The notes under the pieces were generated by a model. That model made no database searches. It saw only the letters and a program-made list of their open reading frames with translations, and was not told the DNA's origin. 64,000 bases of DNA from IMG/VR virus record IMGVR_UViG_3300042291_000228, positions 1-64,000 of that record; one strand, 5' to 3'. The position numbers were made by a program, and so were the translations under genes. The stretch is from a virus. This document shows, piece after piece, positions 49,749 through 59,306 of the stretch (the stretch's first letter is position 1; every line of letters starts with the position of its first letter).

Positions 49749-50584
49749 CTTTTGGATACCTCATTGTAATTTCTAAAAACGATTCAGTTAACTATTTGAA
49801 ATTGGCCTATGCCCTAGCACTAAGCATTAAAAATACTCAACAAGAAGGATTTGATAACGTAGCATTAGTAACTGATAATATCGAAGACGTTAAAAAACTA
49901 AAAAGTTCTTGGGTATTTAATGAAATTATTGAATGGAATCAAGAAACTTTTTGGGATGGTCGAAGTTGGATGGATAAGTTAAGCCCCTGGGATAATACCA
50001 TATGCCTAGATGCAGACATGTTGTTTTTTAGAGACTACAGTCATTGGGCTGAATACTTTATTGATAACTCTGAATTATATATTCCCAATAAGTCATATAC
50101 CTATCGCGGAGAGATTGTAAAAGATTTGTATTATAGAAAAACATTTGAACTTAATGATCTCCCTAATCTGTATTCATTTTATACTTTCTTTAAAAAAGAT
50201 TCTGAAATAGCAGAAGAGTTTTTTTCCCTAGGTCGATACATTTTAAAAAATCCTAACGAATTTAAAAATCTATTTCTAGAAAAGTATATTCCAAAAGTTG
50301 TAGGCACAGACGAAGCATTTTCTCTAGCTGCAAAAATTTTAGACATTCAAGATGATATAAGCTATGATTTAGAATTTCCTAAAGTAGTACACTTAAAACC
50401 AATGATACAAAATTGGCCTTGGCCTGCTGATAAAGTTTCTGATCATGTCGGATTTTATTTTGATCTGCAAGGTAAATTAAAAATTGGAAATTATCAGCAA
50501 CAAGATATTGTTCATTATAACGAAAAAAATTATGTAACCGACGAAATCATCAGCATTTTAGAGGAAATACTATGGAAGAAATAA
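49745..50584 (+). CDS. GT-A fold nucleotide-sugar transferase-like protein (paralogue)
   Basis: AYALALSIK, SPWDNTICLDADMLF DxD, TDEAFSLA, VHLK, VHY. Confidence 0.65.
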   Translation: MTFGYLIVISKNDSVNYLKLAYALALSIKNTQQEGFDNVALVTDNIEDVKKLKSSWVFNEIIEWNQETFWDGRSWMDKLSPWDNTICLDADMLFFRDYSHWAEYFIDNSELYIPNKSYTYRGEIVKDLYYRKTFELNDLPNLYSFYTFFKKDSEIAEEFFSLGRYILKNPNEFKNLFLEKYIPKVVGTDEAFSLAAKILDIQDDISYDLEFPKVVHLKPMIQNWPWPADKVSDHVGFYFDLQGKLKIGNYQQQDIVHYNEKNYVTDEIISILEEILWKK

Positions 50585-51162
50585 TTGATTTTGACAGTTG
50601 GTTACAGCAATATACTGCGCCACAGGTAGAATACTGGGCAATTTTTGAACCTACTACCGGTGAAGTTACTGGAATTTATCCTGATATTGCTGCCAGTGAC
50701 AAACAATATAAAATAAAAATTGATAGAGATCTAGCAGAAGATATACATAATGGAATAGTTCAATTGAATTCTTGTTTTGTAGACATGGATTCTGAAACAG
50801 TTGAAATTGTCACTAGGCACAGTCTTGTTAAGATTGACGATGTATTGCATAGAGTAATTGATAAAAAATATGTGCCCGATCAAAAAAATGATATTATTAT
50901 TCAATATAATGAATTAGAAAATAAAATAATTGTTGTTTTACACAATTCGATTAAAACTAGAAAGATTCAATGGGACGGAAGTACTGAAATGCAGTTTTTT
51001 ATCACGGCTTACAATGATCCACATAATCTTTACCAAACAATAGTTTTTCAATTAAAAGATTTAGAACAAGGTTCTAAAGAATTTATCTATACTGCTCCCC
51101 ACAAAAGATTTAGTATTTTTACAAGAAGAATATTAAAAAATTATGTTTTTGAAAAAATATGA
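50572..51162 (+). CDS. hypothetical protein
   Basis: 196-aa ORF, GAGG RBS, overlaps both neighbours. Confidence 0.65.
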   Translation: MEEIIDFDSWLQQYTAPQVEYWAIFEPTTGEVTGIYPDIAASDKQYKIKIDRDLAEDIHNGIVQLNSCFVDMDSETVEIVTRHSLVKIDDVLHRVIDKKYVPDQKNDIIIQYNELENKIIVVLHNSIKTRKIQWDGSTEMQFFITAYNDPHNLYQTIVFQLKDLEQGSKEFIYTAPHKRFSIFTRRILKNYVFEKI

Positions 51163-52034
51163 AAACCGTAGAACTAGACATTGTATTTTTAAGCTATGAT
51201 GAACCTAATGCAGATCTGCATTATGCAGACTTATGCAATAAAGTTCCTTGGGCCAAAAGAGTACACGGCATAAAAGGCAGTGATGCTGCTCACAAGGCCG
51301 CAGCAGAACTAAGCGAAACCGAATGGGTAATTACAGTTGATGCCGATAATATAGTAGATGTTAATTTTTTTAACTTAGACATTAAAGAAGATCCTAAAAT
51401 TGAAGTATGTAGTTGGACTGCAAAAAATCGTATCAACGGATTGTTGTATGGTAATGGCGGCCTAAAAATGTGGAAAAAAGATTTCATTTTAAATATGAAA
51501 AGTCACGAAGCTAGTGATAGTGATAGAGCGCAAGTAGATTTTTGTTGGGAATCAGGATATCACCAATTTAAAGATTGCTACAGTGAAACAGTTATCACAG
51601 GTAGTCCATTCCAAGCATGGAGAGCAGGATTCCGCGAAGGTGTTAAAATGACACTGCATGACGGAGTTCGAGTGCCTCCTCAAGAAATTAAAGAACGAGT
51701 GTGGTGGCATAATTTACATAGACTGCGTATGTGGTCAACTGTGGGCATGCACGAAGAAAACGGTGCATATGCAATTCTTGGCGCACGTATGGGAACATGG
51801 ATGACCAACTGCACAAACTGGAATTATGTTGATGTGAGAGATTTTGAAATCTTAAAAAATATTTACGAACAAAATGTTAATCATGAATCAATAGAAGATG
51901 ACATAAAAGACTTAGGAATAAAAATTAAATATTCTTTAGGGTTTGATTATCCATACTTTGATACACAACACAGTAAGTATATGTTTGACATGTATACCGA
52001 ATCTTTCCGGTTGTTCAACACATATCATAGGTAA
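51159..52034 (+). CDS. GT2-like glycosyltransferase-family protein
   Basis: FLSYDEPNAD, RVHGIKG, ITVDADN (DxD), YGNGG, AWRAGFREGVK. Confidence 0.55.
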   Translation: MKTVELDIVFLSYDEPNADLHYADLCNKVPWAKRVHGIKGSDAAHKAAAELSETEWVITVDADNIVDVNFFNLDIKEDPKIEVCSWTAKNRINGLLYGNGGLKMWKKDFILNMKSHEASDSDRAQVDFCWESGYHQFKDCYSETVITGSPFQAWRAGFREGVKMTLHDGVRVPPQEIKERVWWHNLHRLRMWSTVGMHEENGAYAILGARMGTWMTNCTNWNYVDVRDFEILKNIYEQNVNHESIEDDIKDLGIKIKYSLGFDYPYFDTQHSKYMFDMYTESFRLFNTYHR

Positions 52035-52038
52035 TATA

Positions 52039-52734
52039 GTGTTTGAGATATTTTTTATCAGTTATCAAGAACCTAATGCAGACGAAAATTGGACAAAATT
52101 AAAATCTAGGTTTCCTATAGCTCAAAGAATTCATGGAGTTAAAGGAATTCACCAAGCCCATATAGCAGCAGCAAAGCAGTCACTAACAAAAATGTTTTAT
52201 GTTGTTGACGGAGACTCAGTGATTGCAGATGATTTTAATTTTAACTATGAAGTAAACAAATTAGAAAAAGAACATGTGCATGTATGGCACAGCCAAAATC
52301 CTGTTAATGGATTAGTCTACGGATACGGTGGTGTAAAACTATTACCTAAGTTAGAAACAATTAATATGGATGTTACCTGTCCCGACATGACCACTAGTAT
52401 ATCTAAACATTTTAAAGAAATGCCAACGATATCTAATTTCACTGCATTTAACACTGACCCGTTTAATACTTGGAAGTCTGCATTTCGAGAATGTGTTAAA
52501 TTGTCTAGTAGAATAATCGATAGACAACAAGATTATGAAACTTCTGAAAGATTAAAAATATGGTGTTCTGAGGGGAATGACAAACCATTTGGCAAATTTG
52601 CAATATCGGGAGCGTTAGCTGGTAGAAAATTTGGTTTAGCTAATCGAAATATTTTAAAAGAACTTAAAAAAATCAACGATTTTGAATGGTTAAAGGAACA
52701 ATATGAGCAACGAGCAAAAGATATTTGTTCTTAA
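52039..52734 (+). CDS. GT2-like glycosyltransferase-family protein (paralogue)
   Basis: FISYQEPNAD, RIHGVKG, VVDGD, YGYGG, TWKSAFRECVK; GTG start at 52039 inferred from alignment with the upstream paralogue. Confidence 0.55.
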   Translation: MFEIFFISYQEPNADENWTKLKSRFPIAQRIHGVKGIHQAHIAAAKQSLTKMFYVVDGDSVIADDFNFNYEVNKLEKEHVHVWHSQNPVNGLVYGYGGVKLLPKLETINMDVTCPDMTTSISKHFKEMPTISNFTAFNTDPFNTWKSAFRECVKLSSRIIDRQQDYETSERLKIWCSEGNDKPFGKFAISGALAGRKFGLANRNILKELKKINDFEWLKEQYEQRAKDICS

Positions 52735-54076
52735 CGATAAAAGAGATAAAATAAATTTAATTAGTCCTAGCTTCTGTACGGCTAAATGGTTACAAACTAC
52801 CTTATACCTACAGAACGGATATAATCACAGTTGCCATCATCCTAGTCCCCATAAAATTCCTATTGAAGAAGTAAAAAATAATCCAGCAGCATTACACAAC
52901 AGCCAACATAAGAAAAAACAAAGAGAAATGATGTTGGCAGGCGAACGTCCTGCTGAATGTGATTATTGTTGGAAGATTGAAGATTTAGATAAAAAATACT
53001 TTTCGGATAGACATTATAAGTCAGCTGATTATTGGGCCTGGGACAGAATCGATGAAATTGCAACCAGTGATCCTACAACCAACATTTTTCCTAGTTATTT
53101 AGAAGTTAGCTTTTCTAATGCTTGTAATCTTAAATGCAGCTATTGCAGTCCGGAGATTAGTAGCAAATGGTTGGAAGAAATTAATCAATACGGACCTTAT
53201 CCTATCGCCGAAAGTAATAATGATGTTAGTCAGTATAAGAGTATTGGTAGATATCCGTATGCACACAATGCCGACAATCCCTATGTTGATGCATTTTGGA
53301 AATGGTTTCCCGAAGCATTACCTCATTTGCGAGTATTTCGAATTACTGGCGGCGAACCGTTGATGAGTAAAGATACATGGAAGGTACTAGAATATATTAG
53401 AAATAATCCACAGCCTAATTTGGAAATTGCAATAAACACAAACTTGTCAGTTGAAAATAAACTTATTGATCGATTTATTTCTGAAGTTAATTTAATAAAG
53501 CCTTTAGTTAAAAAGATAGACATATATACCAGCCTCGAAAGCATTGAACATCGTGCAGAATATTCTAGATACGGATTAGATTACGCTCGTTGGTCGCATA
53601 ACATTCGACGTTGTTTATCTGAAACACAATCAACAGTAGCAATAATGACTACTATTAACATATTAAGCATATCTAGTTTTACAGAGTTTATTAATATGGT
53701 TATGCAGCTACGAAAAGATTACAATCCTAGTTGCGAATTTAATAGAGTGCCAATTAGCATAAACTACCTCCGCTGGCCAGCGCATCTTAGTTCTACATTA
53801 ATGCCTTTGGAAATGAGGCAAAAATATGCTAAAGAAATTTTAGAAATTTCAAAAAGTTGGCTAAAATATAACAGTACAGAAAAATTTGCTAGACTTTATT
53901 TAGAAGAATGGGATCAAATAAAAAGATTTTGTGATTATTTTATTACAGCATCTAGCGATTTAGAAAAAAGAAAAGATTTTGTTAAATTTATTAACGAATA
54001 TGATCGTAGGAGATCTACAAATTTCTTAACTACCTTTCCTGAATACGCAGAATTTTTAAAAGAATGGAATGCCTAA
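52703..54076 (+). CDS. radical SAM enzyme with N-terminal Twitch/SPASM-like Cys cluster
   Basis: CNLKCSYC, ITGGEP, INTN; N-terminal FC..KW..SCHH..ECDYCW. Confidence 0.88.
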   Translation: MSNEQKIFVLNDKRDKINLISPSFCTAKWLQTTLYLQNGYNHSCHHPSPHKIPIEEVKNNPAALHNSQHKKKQREMMLAGERPAECDYCWKIEDLDKKYFSDRHYKSADYWAWDRIDEIATSDPTTNIFPSYLEVSFSNACNLKCSYCSPEISSKWLEEINQYGPYPIAESNNDVSQYKSIGRYPYAHNADNPYVDAFWKWFPEALPHLRVFRITGGEPLMSKDTWKVLEYIRNNPQPNLEIAINTNLSVENKLIDRFISEVNLIKPLVKKIDIYTSLESIEHRAEYSRYGLDYARWSHNIRRCLSETQSTVAIMTTINILSISSFTEFINMVMQLRKDYNPSCEFNRVPISINYLRWPAHLSSTLMPLEMRQKYAKEILEISKSWLKYNSTEKFARLYLEEWDQIKRFCDYFITASSDLEKRKDFVKFINEYDRRRSTNFLTTFPEYAEFLKEWNA

Positions 54077-55568
54077 GAAATCATACGAAACATTAGTTGA
54101 TTATCGTAAGCGAGTAATTGACATCAAAAGCGAAAGTTTTTGTGCAGCCAAATGGTTAAATGCCACAATATGGTTAGGCAGTGGTTCAACAACCAGTTGT
54201 CATCATCCACCTGCACACAATATTCCTTTAGAAGAATTGAAAGATAATCATACTGCAATTCATAATACCAAGCATAAAAAACTTATGCGAAAAATGATGA
54301 TCGAAGGCGACAAGCCAGCGGAGTGTGAGTATTGTTGGAAAATTGAAGATATTGGTAAGGATAATATTTCAGATAGGATATTTAAGACTGTTATCTATAA
54401 AGACCAAGAGATAGAATCAATATATAACAACCCATGGGATCACAATACAGAACTTAAAACTCTTGAAATTAGTTTTGACAGAGTATGCAATTTAGCATGT
54501 TCATACTGTAATGCAAGTTTTAGTACCACGTGGGCTAAAGATATAAAGAAAGTTGGAGCATATCAAAATTTAGTCAGCGATGGTGCAGCAGCCTTCCAAC
54601 AGGATGGGTCGTGGGTAGAACCTTACAGTAACGATGCCGATAATCCGTACATACAGGCATTTTGGAAATGGTGGGATGCTGGACTTAGTCAAAGTCTAGA
54701 TGAATTAAGAATCACTGGCGGCGAACCCCTAATGAGCGGACATACTTGGAAATTGATAGATTGGTTCAATAATCAAAACAGTAAAATGCGTTTTGCTATT
54801 AATAGCAATCTTATTGCCAAAGATGATATTATAGATAAACTTATAGAAAAAACAAAAAACATCAATCAATTTCATCTATATACAAGTTGCGAAGCAGTTG
54901 GCGATCATGCAGAATATATTCGAGATGGATTAGATTATAAAGTATGGAAGAAAAATGTTATCAGAGTTTTAGAGGAAGGAAACTATCAAGGAGTTCATGT
55001 CATGATGACAATCAACAGTCTTTGTCTTTTCAGTATCACTGACTTTTTTGATGAAATGTTAGAACTAAAAAAACAATATAATAACAATCCTACCATTAGT
55101 GTTAACCTATTGAGATTTCCTAGTTTTCAAAGCCCGCTTGCATTACCTGACCATATAAAAGATCATTGCAGAATTAATTTAGAACAGTGGTATAATCGAC
55201 ACAAGGATACTCAATTATTACACGAATTTGAAAAAGCCAGTATTGCTCGATTGATAGATTACCTTATAGTAGTTGATGCTCCGCACCGAAGAACTAGTAA
55301 CAAGATTACGCTATGGAGAGATTTTAAAAGTTTTTATCAACAATATGATCAACGACGTAAAAAAACTATACAAGTTTTTCCTCAGATATTGTTAGATTGG
55401 TTAGATAAAATTCCCGAAACTAAATTAGATAAGATACAGAGTCTAGTTAATGGTAATAGTACCAAACAGTACGACAATGATCAAGAATTAAAAAAATTGG
55501 CCGAAAGCGAAGGCTGGATACTAAATCCTGACAATAAAAATATCAATACTCCACTGGCTAAATATTAA
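54069..55568 (+). CDS. radical SAM enzyme with N-terminal Twitch/SPASM-like Cys cluster (paralogue)
   Basis: CNLACSYC, ITGGEP, INSN; FCAAKW..SCHH..ECEYCW. Confidence 0.88.
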   Translation: MPKKSYETLVDYRKRVIDIKSESFCAAKWLNATIWLGSGSTTSCHHPPAHNIPLEELKDNHTAIHNTKHKKLMRKMMIEGDKPAECEYCWKIEDIGKDNISDRIFKTVIYKDQEIESIYNNPWDHNTELKTLEISFDRVCNLACSYCNASFSTTWAKDIKKVGAYQNLVSDGAAAFQQDGSWVEPYSNDADNPYIQAFWKWWDAGLSQSLDELRITGGEPLMSGHTWKLIDWFNNQNSKMRFAINSNLIAKDDIIDKLIEKTKNINQFHLYTSCEAVGDHAEYIRDGLDYKVWKKNVIRVLEEGNYQGVHVMMTINSLCLFSITDFFDEMLELKKQYNNNPTISVNLLRFPSFQSPLALPDHIKDHCRINLEQWYNRHKDTQLLHEFEKASIARLIDYLIVVDAPHRRTSNKITLWRDFKSFYQQYDQRRKKTIQVFPQILLDWLDKIPETKLDKIQSLVNGNSTKQYDNDQELKKLAESEGWILNPDNKNINTPLAKY

Positions 55569-55599
55569 CCATAATAACACATATTTCTAATAGACTATA

Positions 55600-56391
55600 A
55601 TGTCAAATAAATTTCAAAAATTACATATAACTCTTGATAATATTTGTGAGCTAAATCATTTTGTCTATACTCATTCTACAAAAGAAAAAATGCTAGGAAG
55701 AGAGTATTCAACAGTGTATTTGCATTCTGCAGAACCAGGTGCTATAAACGATCTTTGGCAATATCACATAAACAAATATGGCTACCGAGGTAACAATTGG
55801 TCTTTTAATAAAGATGCCATTGCTTTTTTTGGATGTAGTGTTACGTTTGGAATCGGAGTAGAAAAAGACATAGCAACTGTGGTACAGGAGAATATAAAAA
55901 CAGAATGTTATAATATTGGGCAGCCCGGCGCATCAGCTATAAACATACTCAAGACGTTTAGTAATTTTATTCAATATTGTCCTGTAAAAACAGCAATTAT
56001 AACTCTTCCTACAGCCGACAGGATTCATCGTCCAGAATTTAATAATTCTTTTTCAGCATGGGCTTATTTGAATTTAATTCCTAATTGGATAAATCCAAAT
56101 AACAAAGAATTACACCACCACGCCTATAGCTTTTTTAGTACTGATACTTGTTTAGCATACCTATATGATTACATAAGAATGGCTGAATTAACAGCTAAAG
56201 TATTCGATGTTGAAATAATATGGTCTTCGTGGGATAAAGAAACTTTAGATTTTTTAAGGTCAATTGTTCATAATCAAAAAACTATACCGATAGGAAATTT
56301 TAGTGTTGATTGTGGTAGAGACAATCTACATCCAGGACCTATTTTTGTAAAAAATTGGTCGGATATAATTATTAATAATTTACCCCAATAA
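55600..56391 (+). CDS. SGNH/GDSL-fold hydrolase or acyltransferase-like protein
   Basis: FFGCSVTFG (block I), NIGQPGAS (block II), RDNLHPG (DxxH). Confidence 0.65.
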   Translation: MSNKFQKLHITLDNICELNHFVYTHSTKEKMLGREYSTVYLHSAEPGAINDLWQYHINKYGYRGNNWSFNKDAIAFFGCSVTFGIGVEKDIATVVQENIKTECYNIGQPGASAINILKTFSNFIQYCPVKTAIITLPTADRIHRPEFNNSFSAWAYLNLIPNWINPNNKELHHHAYSFFSTDTCLAYLYDYIRMAELTAKVFDVEIIWSSWDKETLDFLRSIVHNQKTIPIGNFSVDCGRDNLHPGPIFVKNWSDIIINNLPQ

Positions 56392-56396
56392 ACTGT

Positions 56397-56702
56397 TTAA
56401 AACAACTTTTTAGTTTTATCAGTTATGTCTTGTTTTAGACGCTGAATGTCAATAGAAAAATCTACTTTAGTAATATCTTCTCTATATTCTTGAAATGTGT
56501 CTAACAGTTTTTCAGCAACAATGTCGTTAGTTGCATTATCCAGCTGCTCTTGAATATCGATTTCCCATATTCTACCATTGTTAAATTCTAACCGGACGCT
56601 TTTTAAATATGCTACTGGCATAGTATTCATATACATATCTTCAAAAACTTCCGGCCATTCCTTGATCAAATGAATGGGCGGCCTAAATAAATGTTTAGGC
56701 AC
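56397..56702 (-). CDS. hypothetical protein
   Basis: 101-aa ORF, last gene of the - strand run. Confidence 0.6.
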   Translation of the reverse strand: MPKHLFRPPIHLIKEWPEVFEDMYMNTMPVAYLKSVRLEFNNGRIWEIDIQEQLDNATNDIVAEKLLDTFQEYREDITKVDFSIDIQRLKQDITDKTKKLF

Positions 56703-57303
56703 TTTCGGCTTCTTTGGCCTTTGCCGCTTTCTTTGCTGGAGGATCTAAATCGTCTGCTTGCTTTCGTAGTCTTGCTGCTTCTTTGTACATAGCATCTGCC
56801 TGACTTCTAAAATTGCGAGCTATATCACGATCAGTAAGCACTTCATTGGTTGAGGCAGCTGCGCTAACAGTTTCTTGAACTGATGTTGCAGTTTCTTTCT
56901 TAGCAGGAGCACCTTTGGTAAACGTATACAAATCATCTATTGCACAATTTTTTTGTTCTGCAATAAATGAATTTAGCTCATGCAGTGAAATTTCTGAATT
57001 TGGAGTAGGTGTCATGATAATAGTATCAGTGGCTACTTTTATCAAACGATTATCTGCCTGTAATGCCTGTAACATAGGGCGTCCGTCAGGGAATGGTCGA
57101 GTGAAAAGGATTTCTCCAAATTCCCATGCATCCTGTGCAACATCTTGGTCCACAAGATCAATAATTGCATTATGATATTGGTCTGGCAACGGAGATGTTT
57201 GCACAACCAATGCCATATTTGACTCACCAGGTAACGTTCTAAAAACTACAAGAACTTTTGATCCTGTGTTTTTTATCTTACCTACGTGTTTAAGATTTTT
57301 CAT
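56695..57303 (-). CDS. hypothetical protein
   Basis: ATG 57303 with AAGGA RBS; C-terminal coiled coil. Confidence 0.7.
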   Translation of the reverse strand: MKNLKHVGKIKNTGSKVLVVFRTLPGESNMALVVQTSPLPDQYHNAIIDLVDQDVAQDAWEFGEILFTRPFPDGRPMLQALQADNRLIKVATDTIIMTPTPNSEISLHELNSFIAEQKNCAIDDLYTFTKGAPAKKETATSVQETVSAAASTNEVLTDRDIARNFRSQADAMYKEAARLRKQADDLDPPAKKAAKAKEAESA

Positions 57304-57304
57304 A

Positions 57305-57526
57305 TTATTCCTTTTTAGCTGCAACAGATTCTAGAAAAGTATTTAACTTATTAAAAGTCTTACCAACAGCTTCTAGCTCTGCTGCTTTGAATGCACCCCT
57401 ACTAGATGCAACTTCCAAAATACTTCTAAGAGATGCAAGATCGCTTAGATTAAGATCTGGTGCTGCTGGTGCTGCTTGTGGCTCTGTAGCTGGCGCCGTT
57501 TGCGCTTGTGTAGTTTCTTGGTCCAT
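57305..57526 (-). CDS. hypothetical protein
   Basis: AAGGAG RBS, TAATG coupling; DL..L..I..VASSRGAFKA.E helical domain. Confidence 0.7.
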   Translation of the reverse strand: MDQETTQAQTAPATEPQAAPAAPDLNLSDLASLRSILEVASSRGAFKAAELEAVGKTFNKLNTFLESVAAKKE

Positions 57527-57798
57527 TAGTTTCTCCTTAGATATGGGCATGCTAACATAAAATATGTCAGTTCTTTATGATCTTCAAATCCCGCAAATAT
57601 TGCGGATTTCAATTTGCTATCGTTTTCTATACTTGAAAGTTTCACGACAGCATATCTACCTTTTAATTTGATTCGAATCCAGTTTTCAACTTCACCTGTA
57701 AAAAAATCTATTTCTTCGAGTTTAATTTTTCCAAAATGTGGAGGCATCACTCGAAGTGATCTTTTCTTTAAAATGTCTAAAGGATTATATTCGATCAT
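57526..57798 (-). CDS. hypothetical protein
   Basis: ATG 57798 lies 8 nt downstream of TATAAATA. Confidence 0.6.
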   Translation of the reverse strand: MIEYNPLDILKKRSLRVMPPHFGKIKLEEIDFFTGEVENWIRIKLKGRYAVVKLSSIENDSKLKSAIFAGFEDHKELTYFMLACPYLRRN

Positions 57799-57806
57799 TG
57801 TAAAAA

Positions 57807-57814
57807 TATTTATA
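57807..57814 (-). promoter_or_regulatory. late promoter TATAAATA
   Basis: Exact consensus in the intergenic gap. Confidence 0.65.
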
Positions 57815-57831
57815 GATAACAAATAATTTGA

Positions 57832-58224
57832 TCAGGATTCTTGGCTAAGCCTTTGATGCATTGCTTTGGCATAACCCATTTTTCTTACATCTCCTGAAAA
57901 CAAATACAGTTCAAAGGCAGATTTTTCTCTTAAAACAACAATATGTTTTTTAGTTAAATGGTATGGGGACTCGATAAATTGATCTAACCAAACTAGTATT
58001 TGTGGAGTTATACTAATTTCTTTTAATATTTCAACTTTATATGTTTTGATTTGAGAATAAGTTTCTACAAATTCTAACCCTTGATCTGTAAGTCTTAAGC
58101 CGCCGCAGTCTTTACCTCTGACATTTTGCCACCAGGTACTACGAAATTTTTTTATGATATTCTCGTCAAAGGGTTGACCAGCGGCTTTGAGGAATACCGA
58201 AGTATAGGTATCCTTTAAATCCAT
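57832..58224 (-). CDS. hypothetical protein
   Basis: 130-aa ORF abutting the upstream gene; WW.N.R..GGLRLT..G motif. Confidence 0.65.
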   Translation of the reverse strand: MDLKDTYTSVFLKAAGQPFDENIIKKFRSTWWQNVRGKDCGGLRLTDQGLEFVETYSQIKTYKVEILKEISITPQILVWLDQFIESPYHLTKKHIVVLREKSAFELYLFSGDVRKMGYAKAMHQRLSQES

Positions 58225-58509
58225 TTAGTCTACTCGTTCTCCGGCATTTAATTTAAACACTGCAAAGTCTGTGGTCTTAAACAACTTGTTCAGTTTCTTG
58301 GCTAAATTTCTTGCGTGTCCGGGATTACTAAAACTAACCTTTTTGTACTTTGGGCCAGGATAACTGGATACCATACTACCACTTTTCAAATTAAAAGGCT
58401 GATCTTTGTAAAACACAGCCCAAATGGCATCACTGTTGAGAATTTGCTCAACTTTGTAGGTTTCCTTGTCAGTGTATTCAAGAATAACTTTGGGTTTAGG
58501 TCGACTCAT
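58225..58509 (-). CDS. hypothetical basic protein
   Basis: 94 aa; CATAAATA motif upstream (58540-58547). Confidence 0.65.
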   Translation of the reverse strand: MSRPKPKVILEYTDKETYKVEQILNSDAIWAVFYKDQPFNLKSGSMVSSYPGPKYKKVSFSNPGHARNLAKKLNKLFKTTDFAVFKLNAGERVD

Positions 58510-58548
58510 ATCTATACGTGTTATTATAAAGCACGTATATATTTATGT

Positions 58549-58800
58549 CTAATTAAAGTTGCCACCATCAAATTTAACATTGATGTTGGTAGTAGATTCA
58601 CGTATTTCCGCCAGCATTGTGTGTATTTCTAGAACGGTTTTTCCTAATCTAGAAGTCATCACAGCTAATTCTTGAGTAAGCTCTCTTGCTTCTTGAATTG
58701 TTATTCTTATATCTTTTTGCTGACCACGCTCTGCAACTGCTATGCGTTGAATAAGTTTTTCAACACCTGGTAACGTATTTGGAATATTATTTTGAGACAT
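58549..58800 (-). CDS. hypothetical protein
   Basis: 83-aa helical ORF with GGTG RBS. Confidence 0.6.
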   Translation of the reverse strand: MSQNNIPNTLPGVEKLIQRIAVAERGQQKDIRITIQEARELTQELAVMTSRLGKTVLEIHTMLAEIRESTTNINVKFDGGNFN

Positions 58801-59263
58801 TAGCCAACACCTGTTTCATCTCAATTTCGGATTGAAACGGCCCTTGATACTCGTATCTTTGTAATGTTATCAATTTAGGACAAAAACTTTTTACCCATCC
58901 TTTATCGAACCTTATCACATAAAAGCCTGCACAGTATAAACTCTTGCTATCGCCGCTCTTTGTAAACAACGGTAACTTTCTTTTTATATCATACATTGCA
59001 TTATGCGGCTCGGCACTTGTGGCGTAACCGTGAACTTCGTTAGGTAATGCATCGTTGGCTTCTTTAATAATTTTAGCCACAAAGAAATTTTTACCAAATT
59101 GTCTAGTAAGACTTTCTTTTGTATCATAGATTTGAACCCCTAATTCGTTACTCATAACAAATCTATTATCCTCATTCTTTCTTAGAGTGGCAAATTTTTC
59201 ACCGTCTCGTTCAACAATCCAGAATTTGTTTTCTATAATTGGTTTAGCGTGTAAGTCTGTCAT
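58787..59263 (-). CDS. hypothetical protein
   Basis: ATG 59263 with GGGAG RBS. Confidence 0.65.
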   Translation of the reverse strand: MTDLHAKPIIENKFWIVERDGEKFATLRKNEDNRFVMSNELGVQIYDTKESLTRQFGKNFFVAKIIKEANDALPNEVHGYATSAEPHNAMYDIKRKLPLFTKSGDSKSLYCAGFYVIRFDKGWVKSFCPKLITLQRYEYQGPFQSEIEMKQVLANVSK

Positions 59264-59306
59264 AGTGTTCTCCCAACAGTTATTAGTTTTTGATTCACAA
59301 GTATCT

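Noticed and set aside
51943-52038. N-terminal extension of the 263-aa ORF
   Set aside because: Overlaps the upstream gene; similarity to the paralogue begins at GTG 52039
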